DNA of 64,000 nucleotides from Dictyostelium discoideum (lineage: Eukaryota), in contig CM000153.2 in the NCBI GenBank assembly GCA_000004695.1, positions 1,888,001 to 1,952,000 of the forward strand. The letters run 5' to 3'. This document shows, in pieces, positions 12,399 to 26,744 of this stretch. A program made the translations under genes and the position numbers. Below the pieces are notes generated by a model, which made no database searches, was not told where the DNA came from, and worked only from the letters and a program-made list of their open reading frames with translations. The first letter of the stretch is position 1. Each line of letters starts with the position of its first letter.

Positions 12399-12512
12399 AA
12401 ATAATATCTCAAAGTTGATTAATAAATTTTTCATTGAAAAAAAAAAAAAAAAAGTAAGATTTTTTTTTAAAATCAATTTCAAGTAACACCCACCGATCAA
12501 TTAATTTATAAA

Positions 12513-13488
12513 ATGAATAACAAACAACCAAAATATCAAGAAGATGATTTTTATGGTTCAGATGAACATTTTGAAAATGATGAAATTAAAAAAGTTGATT
12601 ATTTATCAAATAAAGATTTAGATAGATCAATTCAAAAAATTGCACCCGTATGTATTTTTTTTAAATATTTTTAATTTACTATTTCAAATTCTAACCAAAC
12701 CCCACCCACCCTTCCCCCTCCTTTTTTATACTTATTTTTTATTTTTTATTTTTTATTTTTTTATTTTTTTATTTTTTATTTTTTTTTTTTTAAAATAGAT
12801 AGGATACACTGATGGATTAGAGATTGGAAAAGAATTAACATTACAAAGAGGATTTAATGAAGGATTTAAAGAAGCATCAGGTATTAGTTATAAATGGTCA
12901 TTATTATTAGGTTTAGTTAGTTCAGTTGATGTATTCTTTCATAATAATAAACAAACAATGTTTGATCAAGAGTCAAAAGATACATCTATTTTAAGTAATT
13001 TGGTTGATAAAATTAATAGATTAATAAAAGAACATTGTAGCTCTCCAACAATTGAACAACTTAAAGATGAATTCTTAAATTTTAAAGATATTTCAATAAA
13101 CGATAAAGATCAAACTACAACATCAACCTCAACAGAATTACCAACAAAATCATGTAAAAATGAAGAATCTGAATGTTGTGGTAATGGTAGTTGTGAAAAA
13201 GAAGTTGAAAATGAAAAATGTGAAGATGATGATGATGACAGTGATGGTTGTTGTGGTGGTGGTGGTAATACTAATGATCAAGGTTGTTGTAAATCAAAAA
13301 ACAATAAAGAAGAAGAAGAAGAAACTAAACAACTTGAGAAATTTCAATTCATCATAGATAAAATGGGTGGTCAATTATTTGATGAATTAAGTAAAGAGTG
13401 TGTTGATACAATCTCTTCATTCGGACTTGATGGTCAAAAAATGTTAAATGATTGTTTATCAAAAAAGTTTAGGGTTACTATCAATTAA
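12513..13488 (+). CDS. Yae1/Lto1-family protein with a deca-GX3 motif and an acidic Cys-rich tail (2 exons, 274 aa)
   Basis: Exons 12513..12647 (donor GTATGT) and 12799..13488. Exon 2 begins IGYTDGLEIGKELTLQRGFNEGFKEASG, which is the GX3G repeat seen in Yae1/ORAOV1. The tail reads ECCGNGSCEKEVENEKCEDDDDDSDGCCGGGGNTNDQGCC. Confidence 0.6.
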
Positions 13489-13735
13489 TCATAGCTTTAT
13501 TAAAAGTAGTAGCAGTAATTCAACTAAAAAAACTTTATCAACTCAATTCAACTACAACACCAAACAACCACCACCACAGTATTAGAAAAGTTTGGAGAGT
13601 TGAATGACAAGATAAAATACAAATAATAATAGTATTTAAATATTATTTACTAAATCCGTCCTCTATAGGTATTAGAAATATATGCATGCATAATAATTAA
13701 AAATAAAGGTTTATTTAATTTTTAAATTTATTTAT

Positions 13736-14909
13736 TTATTTATTTATTTTAGTATGTTTTTTAATTATATTAATAATATTATTTATATGAACAATATCAT
13801 CATTGTTTTTATTAAGAGATGAAAGAGAAATTACATTTGGATCAGTATCGTCAATAGAAACTGTTGTGAAGACATTTGACTTTGAGGATTTAACATTCTC
13901 ATATACCATATTGGTAAGAACTGGATGAGGGGAAATTTCAACAAAAATTAGTTTTTTTGCACCATTTAATTCAAACTTTTTAATAATATCATGAGTTATT
14001 GATTCAGCATCAACACAAGATCTAATACTTTCAAAAATATTGAATGGATTTGATTGATCATAGAGTTTACCATTATATGAGCAATAAGTTTGAATGATTG
14101 AATTTGAATTTGAATTTTTGATTTCAACATCTTTAGTTTTATTAGCATAGTCTTTAATACAATCTAATGCTGATGAATGAAAAGGGATTTTCGAAGGTAT
14201 TCTTTTAATGAAAATATTATTTTCTTTAAACTCTTTTTCCAATTGTTCAAATTGTTCTAAATTACAAGTTGCCATTAAAGTTGAAGAATTTGAAAATTTG
14301 GCAGAAACTTCAAGATCTGAGTATTTGTTAGAGTATTTTTCATTGAATTGATCTGCTCCCATTTTTATGAAAAATGGTATACCATTTGGGTTTAAATTAT
14401 AAAATGTGTCCATTAATTTTGCTCTTTCAATAAGTAAATCACATACTGATTTTAATGATAAAATACCAGAACAGTATAAACTTGCCATTTCACCACAACT
14501 AATTATATAAATATATTTAATAATTAATAATTATAATAATAATAAAAATAATAATAATGATTAAAATAATAAAAAACAATTACCTAATACCAAAAATACA
14601 AGATGGTAATATCATTTCACTTTTTAATAGTTCAAACATTGAAACTTGAAACATAAATAAAATTGAATGTGTTAAATATTGGTCTTCATTGTTTTTATCT
14701 TCATTTGTTGATTTTCTTAATTTATTTAACATTGATTCACCATTAAAATAATTTATTTTTAAATAATTATCAATTTTATCCATTGATTCTCTAAAAATTT
14801 TATTTCCTTTATAAAGTTCTAATGCCATTTCACCCCAATGCACTGCTTGACCACAAAAATGAAAAACAATTGGATTTAACTTTGAAAAATCATCAATATT
14901 ACTATTCAT
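13736..14909 (-). CDS. standalone FabD/acyltransferase(AT)-like protein, paralog 1 (2 exons, 362 aa)
   Basis: Exons 14909..14584 and 14498..13736. The AT motifs are FHFCGQAVHWGEMALELY, DQYLTHSILFMFQ, the nucleophile elbow G-I-S-C-G-E (split as ag|t across a phase-2 intron), LIERAKLM (a conserved Arg) and IPFHSSALD (the catalytic His). Confidence 0.7.
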
Positions 14910-15617
14910 ATTATCTATGTATTTAAGTATTTATATGTATATATAAATATGTATGTATATATAATTATATATTTAAATAATTTTAAATAAAAAAAATTAA
15001 TTAATTAAATTAATTTTAAGTTAGTATTTATTGTTTTTTTTTTTTTTATTTTTTTAATTTTTTTTTTTTGGTTTTTTTTTTTTTTTTTTTTGTATATTTA
15101 TCGATATCTTACTTTTTTTATCCACCATCCTTGTAATTTGAGAGCTTTTTTAATTTTCAAAATTTTTTTTGAGTGGTAAAAATATATAAATAGATGTGAG
15201 ATTAATAATATATTTTTTTTTTTATTTTTTTTTAAAAAAATTAATATTTTTATTTTTATTATTATATTTTTATTATTATATTTTAATTTTTTATTTTCAA
15301 ATAATAAAAGTAATAAAAAATAATTTAATTTACAGTTTTTATTTTTGGAGTTGCATTCATTTCACATTGTTTATTTTTATTCATTTGGAAGATAATTAAA
15401 ATTCTTAATCAAGTGAGAAAACAATTTTTTTTTTTTTTTATTTTTTTTTTTTTAAATTAGAATATTACTGATCATCATCCTAACATCATATCATTAAATC
15501 TTTTAGATTATTATTTCATTTATTTTTTATTTATTTTTTATTTATACTTAATTTTTTTAGTGGTGTTTAATTTTTATTTTTTTTTTATTTTATTTTTATT
15601 TTAATTATTGTGTAATC

Positions 15618-15722
<105 letters not shown>

Positions 15723-15725
15723 AAG

Positions 15726-16474
15726 TTATAAATTTCTTTTTAAAATTTCTAAAATTTCATTAAAATGAATATTGTCATTATTGTTTTTATTTAATGAGGA
15801 AAGTGCTATTACATTTGGATTATTTTCAATATTTGAAGTTGTTGTGAAAATTGTTGATTTAAAAGTTTTTACAATTTCAAACATATAAGGTGAACTAATT
15901 GGATGAGGTGATAATTCAACAAATATGACTTTTTCTTTACCATTTGATTCTAGTGTTCTTAATATATCTTCAATAGCAACTTTAGTACAAAGACAATCTC
16001 TTATACTTCTAAATATGTTGAATGGATTATTTTCATTATAGATTTTACCATTTGATGATGTATAAGTTGGAATTTTGAATGAAAATTCATTAAATTCAAT
16101 ATCCTTTATTTTCAAAGCATCTTCTTTAACACAATCAATAACAGATGTGTGAAATGGGATTTGTGTATTTAATCTTTTAGTTTGAATTCCATTTTCATTT
16201 AACTCTTTAAAAACCTGTTCAAATTGTTCAGAGTTACATGTACCAAATAATGTAAAAGAGTCTGTATGACGACCACCAATTTCAACATCTGGATATTTCT
16301 TTGAATAGTTTTTAATGAAATCATCACATCCAATTGAACCAAAAAATGAAAATCCTTTTGGACACTTTTTCAACACAACATCCAATAACTTTGCTCTGTC
16401 CATTATTAAATCACATGCTGATTTTAATGTTAATGCACCAGAGCAATATAAACTTGCCATTTCTCCACAACTTT

Positions 16475-16517
<43 letters not shown>

Positions 16518-16903
16518 GAATAATAATAATAATAATTTTTAAATTAGTAAAAATATTAAATATTAAATTATAATAATAATAAAATTAATTACCTAACACC
16601 ATAAATAAAAGATGGATTTACACCTTCGCTTTTATATAATTCAAATAATGAAACTTGAAACATAAATAAAACTGAATGTGTTAAATATTGATCTTTATTT
16701 GGAGATTCATCATCACCAAGTGATCTTAATTTATTTAACATTGATTCACCATCAAAATAATTTATTTTTAAATAATTATCAATTCTATCCATTGATTCTC
16801 TAAAAATTCGATTTCCACTATAAAGTTCTAATGCCATTGTTTTCCAAAGTGTAGCTTGACCACAAAAAATAAAAACAATTGATGAATTATCATAACTATT
16901 CAT
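15726..16903 (-). CDS. standalone FabD/AT-like protein, paralog 2 (2 exons, 351 aa)
   Basis: Exons 16903..16593 and 16470..15726. The intron position and phase match paralog 1. Motifs are G-V-S-C-G-E, DRAKLL and IPFHTSVID. An (AAT)n microsatellite sits in the intron. Confidence 0.7.
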
Positions 16904-17320
16904 TTTAAATTATTTACAAGGGTATAAAAAATTATTTATAAAAATTAAACACTACAAATGTTTTTTTTTTAAAAAAATAAAAAATAAATTTATTTTGTTT
17001 AAAAAAAAAATGTTTAGTGTGGTGTTTTTTTATTTTTATTTTTATTTTTATTTATTTTTTTTTTTTTTAAAAAATTAATTATTAAAAATTTTAAATCAAA
17101 AAAATTATTTAATCAAAGATTTAAATGATATGTATTTGAACGATACAAAATTGTATTAAAACTAATAAAAAAAAAAAAAAGTAAAAAAAAAAAATTTTTT
17201 GGAGAGCATATATTCCAAGTTATCTGCCTTCCCTATATTCTGTTTTTTCAAATTATTTACCTTTTTTTTTTTTTTTTAAATATTTGATACCTGTTTTTTT
17301 TATTCATTTTAATTTAATTT

Positions 17321-17391
<71 letters not shown>

Positions 17392-17433
17392 GGATATATT
17401 AAATATTAAATATTACTTATTATTATTAAAATT

Positions 17434-18586
17434 TTAAAAGAGTTTTTTAATTTCTGAAATTGTTTCATTAATTGATATGATATCATTTTTTGATCTTTCA
17501 AGTGTTGGTAAAAAAGTTATATTGTTTTTGTAATTTTCACGCAAAGAATTAAACAATTTTGAATCTATGGTTTTTAATGATTCTTTAATAGTTGGGATCA
17601 TTGTTGGATTTGGTGATATTTCTACTACGATAACATTTGTTCCTCCATTTTCTTCAATAAATTTAAAAATATTATGATGAGTTTTAACATTTTGGACTGT
17701 ATTTCTAAGATTTTTAAAAAGATAATTTTGATCAAATTTTAATGAACTATTATTAAACATTTCACCAGTTACACTCGAGAATAATGGTATTGCTGATGGT
17801 TTTGGTATGAATATCTGTTTTAAAACATCATCTTTTATACAATCCATTGCACTAGTGTGAAATGCAATTTGTGCAGGATAACTTTTTACTTGATATCCTT
17901 GTTTCAATACATCATCATAGAGTCTATCAACTTGTTCTATGTCACCACATCCAACATAAACGTGTTTTGGTGATAATATTGCTGCCATTTCAACATTTGG
18001 ATATTTCTCTGAAAATAGTCTATTGTATTCTTCACAACTAATATCAATTCCAATTAATTTTGCAGGTGCATTTAATGATCTTACCTTTGATGTCATTGAT
18101 GCTCTAAAAAATGAAATATCGCAAGCAGTTTCTAAATCAAGTGTTCCTGAACAATATGCTGCTGATATTTCTCCACAACTATTACGTATAATAGAATAGA
18201 ATAAATAAATAAATAAATAAATATAATTATTATTTTTTTTTACTTTTTTTCTTTTTATAATATGTTTGTTACCTTGTTCCAAAAATTACAGACGGAGATA
18301 TTCCTTCACTTTTTAATAATTCAAAAATTGATACTTGAAACATGAATAAAAATGAATGAACAACAAATTGATCTCTATTTGGGATTGCATCATCTGGCTG
18401 AGTTCTTAATTTGTTTAGCATTGATTCCCCATTAAAATATTTATTTTTAATAAAACAGTCAAGTTTATCCATTGATTCTTTAAAAACTTTATTTCCATTA
18501 TATAGATCAAGTGCTAATGTTTTTGTTTGTAATGCTTGTCCACAAAAACTAAAAAATATAAATGGTTTATTATCATTTTTAATCAT
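17434..18586 (-). CDS. standalone FabD/AT-like protein, paralog 3 (2 exons, 352 aa; the most divergent)
   Basis: Exons 18586..18273 (donor ag|GTAACA) and 18178..17434 (acceptor AATAG). Motifs are G-T-S-C-G-E and IAFHTSAMD. The N-terminal 35 aa of track ORF 17434..18282 are intron read-through. Confidence 0.65.
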
Positions 18587-18722
18587 TTTTTTAAAAAATT
18601 ATTTAAAACAGTTTTAAAAAAAAAGAATAAAAAAAAAAAAAAATAAAAAAAATTATTTGTGTGACATTTTAAAAAAATTGACATGTCTAATAAATTAATA
18701 TAAAAAATAAAAACAAAAACAG

Positions 18723-18757
<35 letters not shown>

Positions 18758-18990
18758 TAAATTTTTAGATTTTAAATTATCTAAACTTCCAAGTTGGTGG
18801 AGGATAAAAAAAAATATAAAAACCAAACTGGTGAAAGTTATAGAGACGTTGTAATTGGATAAATTGAAAAAAAAAAAAAAATAAAATAAAATAATAAAAC
18901 ATTTATATTTAATTAAGAAGTCTTTATTTTTTATTAAAAAAAAAAAAAAAAAAAAAAGAAAATAAAAAAAAACAAAAAACAAAAACATAT

Positions 18991-19054
18991 TTATGGCCAA
19001 GAATTAAAAACTGGATTATTTTTAGTGGAATTTTGATGATTATTATTATTATTA

Positions 19055-19125
<71 letters not shown>

Positions 19126-20016
19126 TTCATTATTATTATTTTCATTTTCATTTTTAATTTTAATTTTAATTTTTAATAATTCTAATCTCTTTTTTAAAGA
19201 TAAAATTGATTTTCTTTTTCTTAAAGATTGTTTTAAAGAATTTGATTCAAGTTTTTCAACTTTTGAACGAGTTAAAAAACTATTAAAAACCAAACTTTTA
19301 TCTAATCTATCTCTGGATTTCTTTGATATTGATCTTAGAATTTCCATACGATGTTTCTCTAAATGAATGATATAATCAACGATGGATTCACTCATTTCCT
19401 CATTGATATTTTGAGATGGATCACAAGTTGCACCAACGATTTGTCTAGCGTGACCACAAACTCTACAAATTAAAAATGGTAAAACATCATCAGTGAATTC
19501 ATTATTAGTGTCGAAATCAAAATTATCAGAGGTCTCTAAATTGATATCTAGGCCTGGTAAAGTGAATAAACTGCCATAGGCTTTATAAACTATAGTTTCC
19601 AAAGGTAAATTTTTGAAACATAATATATCATCTTTTAAAAGGTAGTCATGTGATAGTACATCATTTGAATCTGGATTGACACCAGTATCTCTCTCTCTCT
19701 TTTCAGATAAGATTGCTTCTTTTTGATGAAGTTCATCATCATAGTTATAATTGAAATCATAATTTGAAATACACTCTTGATTATCATCTGTACTACTATT
19801 TGAATCTTCTCTACTATTTTTATGATCATTATTTTTAAATATTACACTATCACTAATACTATCACCACCACCATAATCATAATCTTCATCATCATCATCA
19901 TCATCATCATTATCATCATCATCGTTATCATCATCATCATCTTCATCATCTCCATTTTCTTCACTATTATCACGATCATCATTTGTTAATGTATTTTGGA
20001 TTCTTTCTAAAAATCT

Positions 20017-20055
<39 letters not shown>

Positions 20056-21198
20056 ATTAATATGATTATATTATAAAAATTTAAATAAAAAGTTATTTTA
20101 TACTTACTTTTAAAACAACCAATGGTGTCAATTCTCGTTTTTTTAAGTTCTTTACCAATTTCTGTTTGAATTCTATCTATGAATACATTTACATATGTTT
20201 GAGGTGGTAGAAATTTAATAATTTCAATATTTTTAATTGTTGCTAAAAAAAAAAATAAAATAAAATAAAATAAAATAAAATAATAAAATAATAAAAAAAT
20301 AATTAGTTTTTCTTGACATGTAATTTTAATTATGTAAATTTAAAAAAAAAAAAAGAAAAAAATAGTTACCAGAATTTTTTTTTTGTATAATTGCTAAATC
20401 CATCTCCCTATTTATTTTAGAAATAACTTCATGCGCCTTTATATTTATATTTAAAAATTCACCAACATGTTTTAAAACTTCATCTTTAAATCCAAGTATA
20501 TCACCAATTTGATAATCATCATAATTTCTATGAATCTATTTAATAAAAAAAACAACAAATTATAATTAATTATATTTTTATTACTTTTTATTATTATAAA
20601 AATAACTTACATAATTCTCTAAAACTTCTAAATTATATTTATTTGTTGATTTATTTTTAACTTTTGTTTCAAAAAATTCCGAAGTATTCATAATGACTTT
20701 AAATCTATAAAACATTGGTGAAAAGAATTTACCATAGGCAGAGAAAGGTTGATTTAATCTAAACCAAGAATCACAGGAAACTTGAATCCATAGGGACCAT
20801 TCTTCTTTTGCACCATATTGTAAACTGTATTCTGATATCTCTGCACTTACTAATTGATTAAAAAATTTTGAACCAGGGGGACCAGTGATCACACCTTGGA
20901 TGTAGTAATTCATTTTCTCTGAATTTATCCTATCAATATAAATATATCTATCGGGTGATGATTTATTGTTTACCGTTTTCTTATTTGAAAAATAAATTTC
21001 AAAATCTGTTATATCATATAACGATTCTTGTTTACCTAAAAATAATCTTGGTTCATCTTTAAATTGTGTTGATTTCTTATTTCTTTCAAGTACTGAATCA
21101 TAAACTTCTTGTGGTATTGTATCTAAATTAACTTCTGGATAATTGAATTTATAAATTGTTTCTGAATTTTTTAATTTTTTTTTATTATCTAACATCAT
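18991..21198 (-). CDS. hypothetical protein with acidic and Asn-rich tracts (4 exons, 638 aa)
   Basis: Exons 21198..20611, 20535..20370, 20242..20108 and 20018..18991. Donors are GTAAGT, GTAACT and GTAAGT, and phases are consistent. The last exon (ERFLERIQNTLTNDDRDN..DDDDDD..ETIVYKAYGSLF..LPFLICRVCGHARQIVGATCDPS..poly-N) is open for 1 kb but the track lists only its 3' 612 nt, from a TTG start. I recognised no domain. Confidence 0.5.
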
Positions 21199-21386
21199 CT
21201 TTTTTTTTTTTTTTTTTTTTTTTTTTTCTATATCAAAAATATAAATAAATAATAATAAATATAATTAAATAAATTATTATTTTAAATATAAATATATATA
21301 ATAGTTTTTAAAAAATCATCAACAAAAAGAAGTTGAGGGAGTGTGTGCGTCAGTTATTGTGAAGTTATCGTTTTTAGAACATGAAA

Positions 21387-21427
<41 letters not shown>

Positions 21428-21477
21428 AATTAAAAAAAAAAAAAAACAAAATTTAATTAAAAAATAATAAAAAGATA

Positions 21478-21580
21478 GATAACCAGTCGGTTATTAAAAA
21501 AAAAAATTAAAACCAAAAAAAAAAAAAAATGGAATAATTATAAATACCATTTTTTTTTTAACAACCGACTGGTTATTTAT
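21478..21580. promoter_or_regulatory. 16-bp inverted repeat, ATAACCAGTCGGTTAT ... ACAACCGACTGGTTAT, with an A/T spacer of about 70 bp, in a bidirectional promoter
   Basis: The arms at about 21479..21494 and 21561..21576 are reverse complements with one mismatch. The repeat lies between the divergent starts at 21198 (minus) and 21801 (plus) and is the only GC-containing block in that 600-bp A/T spacer. Confidence 0.4.
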
Positions 21581-21800
21581 CATATTTATTGATTTTTTTT
21601 TTTTTTTTCTTTTAATTTTTTTTTTATTTATAGCAATTGAATTTAAAAAAAAATATTTATTACTTTTTTTTTCAAAACACATAATTTTTTTTTTTTCCTA
21701 TACACATAATTTTTTTTTATTTTTTTATTTTTTTTTATTTAATTCAACACCCATTAAATTTACAATTTTAAAAAAAAAAAAAAAAAAGAGAGAGATAAAT

Positions 21801-22440
21801 ATGTTATCCTCCTCTTCTTCCTCATTATCCAATAATGAAGAAATTAATATTAGAAATAGTAATAATAATAAAATTCCCAAAGATTTACTCAAAAGTAGTA
21901 GTTCTGGATTAAATTTTTGTAATAATAATAATAGTAATAATATTTTTATAGTAAAATCAGATGATTTATTAAACTCACCAATTTCAACAACTCCTCCAAT
22001 AATTCAAAATAATAATAATAATAATAATAGTAATAATATAAATAATAATAAAAATGAAAATAATAATAGTAGTAATAATAAAAATGAAAATGAAAATGAA
22101 AATAAAAGTGAAAGTGAAAATAAAATTACAAAAAATTCAAATGGAAATGGGTCTTATTATTATTATTATAGTGTGAATACAATTTTGGATGACACAAATA
22201 ATGAAAATAATGAAAATAATGAAAATAGTGAAAATAATAATAATAAAAACAATAATGAAGAATATGGAAATATAAATAATGAAAATGATTTTAATTATTA
22301 TAATATTAATAATAATAATAATAAAGATAATTTTAGTGATAATAATATAATAATTTTAAAAGATTCAAATAATATAGAAATGGATTATATAGATTTAAAT
22401 ATTTCAAATAAAATATTAAAAAAAAGTTTAAGCTTTCTTC

Positions 22441-22477
<37 letters not shown>

Positions 22478-23387
22478 CCAAAATACAACAACTCAAATTA
22501 AATTAAAACTTTTATCAATATTTTCAATTAAAACATTTAAAACAATATTTTTAGTATTTTTAATATCGAATTTAGGTTATAGCACATTCTTTTCATATAC
22601 ATCACCTGAAGCATTATCACATACATTTTGTATGTAAATTAATTTATTGAATCAATGATTCCTCTCTCCCTTCCCACTACCCCCCAATTATCAATATATT
22701 AATTAATATATATAATTTTTTTTTTTTTTTTTAATAATAATAATAATAGATGAAACATTTTCAATTTCATCATCACAATTTAGTGGATTATTTATTTTAT
22801 ATGCATTACCAAATGTATTTATGGTGATATTAAGTGGTATGATTATTGATATGGTTGGAGCAGATATTGTTAGTATAGTATTGAGTAGTTGTGTTGTGAT
22901 TTCAACATTGGTGGGAGCATTATCACCACCTAATTTCCCATTAATGTTAGTATCAAGATTTATATTAGGATTTGCAGGAGAATCATTAATTTCATGTTCA
23001 AATACAATAATGTCAAAATGGTTTCATTCAAGAACTTTATCATTATGTATGGGAGTACTTGTTGGTTGGATTTATTCAGCCAATTTCATCTCTCTAACTA
23101 TATTACCATCAATTAAAAAACGTTTAGGATTTAAATTAAGTTTATGGATAATTTTCTTTATAGCTTTATTAGGTCTATCTTTAAACATTCTTTATCTATT
23201 AATTAAAAATAATTTTAATGATATTAAACAATATCAATCAAATGAAGAAAAAGATAAATTATTAAATAATTATAATATTAATAATAATATTAATAATAAT
23301 AATAATAATAATAATATAATAATTATTGGAGATATTAATAATAATAAAGTTAATAATAATGAAGATGATAAAGAAGTTTTATTAAAT

Positions 23388-23424
<37 letters not shown>

Positions 23425-24062
23425 TTTTAAAATTAATAATTAATTTTAAAGATAAAGTTAAATCAATTTTAATTCAAGTACCAATTAGAATGTGGTTAAT
23501 TGTTGGAATTGTATTTTTTGGATATACAGCATTATTTGGGTTGGCAATTATTGGACCTGATTTTTTAGGTCAAAAGTATGGTTTTAATGAATCCCGAGCA
23601 GCATTAATTTTATCAAGTGAACATATAGTTAGTGCAACATTTTCACCAATTGTTGGGATATTAATAAAGAGATTTACAAAGAGAATACTTGTATTACTGA
23701 TATCATTGGTGATTATGATAATTGGGTTAACATTACTATTGACAACAAATGTTTATCCATTATGGTGGATTGTAATTTGTGGTATTGGTTATTCAATGTT
23801 AAATACAACAATAGTTTCATCAATTCCAATCATTGCACCACAATCAATTATTGGTACATGTTATGGATTCATTGGAACTTCATATAATTGTGGTTTAATT
23901 GTGTTTCCATATTTACTTGGTTCATTAAAAGAATCATTTGGAAATTATAATATTTCAATTACAATTCTAATTGGTAATTGTATTATATCAATACTATTAC
24001 TTTGTTTATTAAAATATTTTGATTTAAAAGAATCAATTTTAAATAAAAGATTAGATAATTAA
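21801..24062 (+). CDS. MFS transporter (MFSD1-like) with an Asn-rich N-terminal extension (2 exons, 713 aa)
   Basis: Exons 21801..22629 (donor t|GTATGT) and 22750..24062 (acceptor AATAATAG; the junction t+at gives Y). Exon 2 reads ETFSISSSQFSGLFILYALPNVFMVILSGMIIDMVGADIV and carries the MFS signature RFILGFAGESLISCSNTIMSKWF, with about 11 TM helices in total. Confidence 0.6.
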
Positions 24063-24155
24063 AAAAAAAAAAAGAATATTATTATTATTTATTTAAAATT
24101 TTATTTATTTATATTTTATTTATTTATATTTTATTTTAGTAATTTATTTATTTAT

Positions 24156-26608
24156 TTAATTAAATAAATTTGAAATATTTGAAATATTTTCATTTGATTG
24201 ATCACTAATTTTACTTATAAATAATTTCTCTGGTAAATCTAAAATTGATTCTTTTTTTAATTTATTTAATGGAATACCAATAACATCTTGTAATAATTTT
24301 TTAAATAAAACTTTTTGAGATTTTTCAGAACGAGTTGAAATTAGATCTTTGTTGAAAGCTTGAAGAATTGGGGGAGTAATATTTGGTAATGATAAAAGGA
24401 TCTCTTGAGGATAATTACAAATTTGATAATATTTCATATAGATTAAACGAATGATTGATTGGATATCATTTGAAAATTCTGCAAATTTATTAACAATTAA
24501 AATCTTTATACAACAACCAAACATTTCTGAACCAATCAATTTGAAGAATTTTGGATCATTTACTTTCTCATGATCCACAAGTAATTGAGTTGAGACAATC
24601 AATGACTTCTTTAAGATTGGTGTATCCATTGCCATTAGACAACTAGAGATACCATATACCATTGGTGTCATAACATCGATACTACTGAAAATATAATTTG
24701 GTGATTGTGTGATTATATTTGAGCAACACATTAAAAACTCCATTGAAACGTCACGTAAAATCTTATCTTCAACGATTTCATTCTTTTCATTCTCTTTTTC
24801 ACCCTTTTGTGAACGTAGTTTAATAAGTTCCCAACCTGCTTTGATTCTATTAAAGAGTACAGAGAATAATAATGGTAAGATTGGTTCGAAAATGGTATGC
24901 TCTAATTTGGTAGGACAATTCTTTATGAGATAATTTAGGATATGTTTAACCAATAACTTTAGATGTCTATTTTCAATTGATTCCAAATATGAGAAAACTG
25001 AATCCAATAATACCAATGGTAAATCTGGTAAACTAAATAATTCATCCGAATGATTGAATCCGTAACCAACAATTTCATAACAAGCATCCCTTAAACAATC
25101 TAATATGTTACGAAGAAAGGTAACATTTGAACTTTCAGATTTCTGTTCTTTATGATACTCAAAGCCTAATAATGGTGCAGTGATTGAATCATCTAAATTG
25201 AAAATGGTACTTAATGATGGATGTATCTTTGCACGATGTTCTGGCATCCATAATTGATGAAGTGTACGTGTTAATGATAAAACACCAGGTAAAACTTGTT
25301 TAACAAATGAAGAGATTGGCCATTTACCATTGTAACTAATACCATTGGAAATGAATGGTGCAAATAGTTCATCACTTGAATTGGTTGGAATTTGAGATTT
25401 CTTCCAAAAGATTTGTAATGTTGAAGCAACATATTGAATATTCTTTCTTCTTGAAACCAATGTTGCATCTAAATTTTGACTATCGGCAATTGATAAACCT
25501 AAATATTGAATAAAAGCATCGGGTGATGATAATGCAGTGGACATTTCAAGAGAAACCCATTGTTCAATGATTGGTGTTAGAATTCCTTTATAGAAATCCA
25601 AAGTTTGTTGATAACTTGGTAGGTTATTACTAAAGACAATTAACAAATGGAAAAGCATAACTTTCTCTGTCTCTGTGACAACATTCTTTTGAAATAGCTC
25701 AACCACTGATTTGTAGAGAATATCAAAGTATGGTTTCATTAGATGAGAGATATTAGTGGAAATACCAATCAATGAACTAATGGCTCTTCTACGTGTATGT
25801 AAAACTGAATTCTGAAAGGATCTATTTGGATTATCTAAACCTGGGAATGGAATCAATGGTACGATCTTATTCAATAGGAATTTAATTGATTCTGGATTAG
25901 TTTGATAATATAAGATATAGGCTTGAAGACAATCGATTTGGAATGATGTAATATTTGGCTCGGTTGAGTTAATTTCAAAGAGTAAATTTAATACCCTATC
26001 AGTTAATTGTATGATATTTGGTTGTTGCTGTTGTTCTTTATTAAAGAATAATGATGATTCTGGTGTGAAATCTTTAATATTCAATAAAATTGAATCTAAA
26101 ATATGTGAATGTGATTCCAATACCAATGTTTGTTCATGTGATAGCGATGCTACATTTAAATTTGCCTTTAATGCATCCAATACATCGGCAACTTTAGTTG
26201 CAATGAAAATGTATGCCATTTCACGACGTTGAATCGTTATCAATTTGATGATATCCAAATAACGAGTTCTAACACCACCGAAAAAGTTTGACCATTCTTT
26301 TGATGTACCAAAATCAATTTCACTATATTTTGATTGCTCTGAATCTGATTTCTCTGGATCACCAATTCTAACGAATTTTACCAACATTGTTTCCATAATT
26401 TGTTTAATCACTTCTTCAAGATATGAAAGTTCCAAACTTTCCACCTTTATAAATGTATGCCAAAATGGTAATACAAATGATGATAATAAAATACTTGGAT
26501 GTGAAACCATTTGAAGCATTAATTGTAAATAAATATTATAATTATTTGGTATTTTATGTTTATCATCATATGCATTTAAATGAACTGTACCTAAAATTGT
26601 TAATGCCT

Positions 26609-26639
<31 letters not shown>

Positions 26640-26661
26640 TATAAAAATGAAAGAAATATTA

Positions 26662-26744
<83 letters not shown>

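Noticed and set aside
20021-20045. Poly-A run at the exon 3/4 boundary of the 18991..21198 gene as coding poly-Lys rather than an intron
   Set aside because: A GTAAGTA donor at 20107 and an AG at 20019 give a phase-consistent 89-nt intron. Read-through would need stop-free translation of an almost pure A/T segment.
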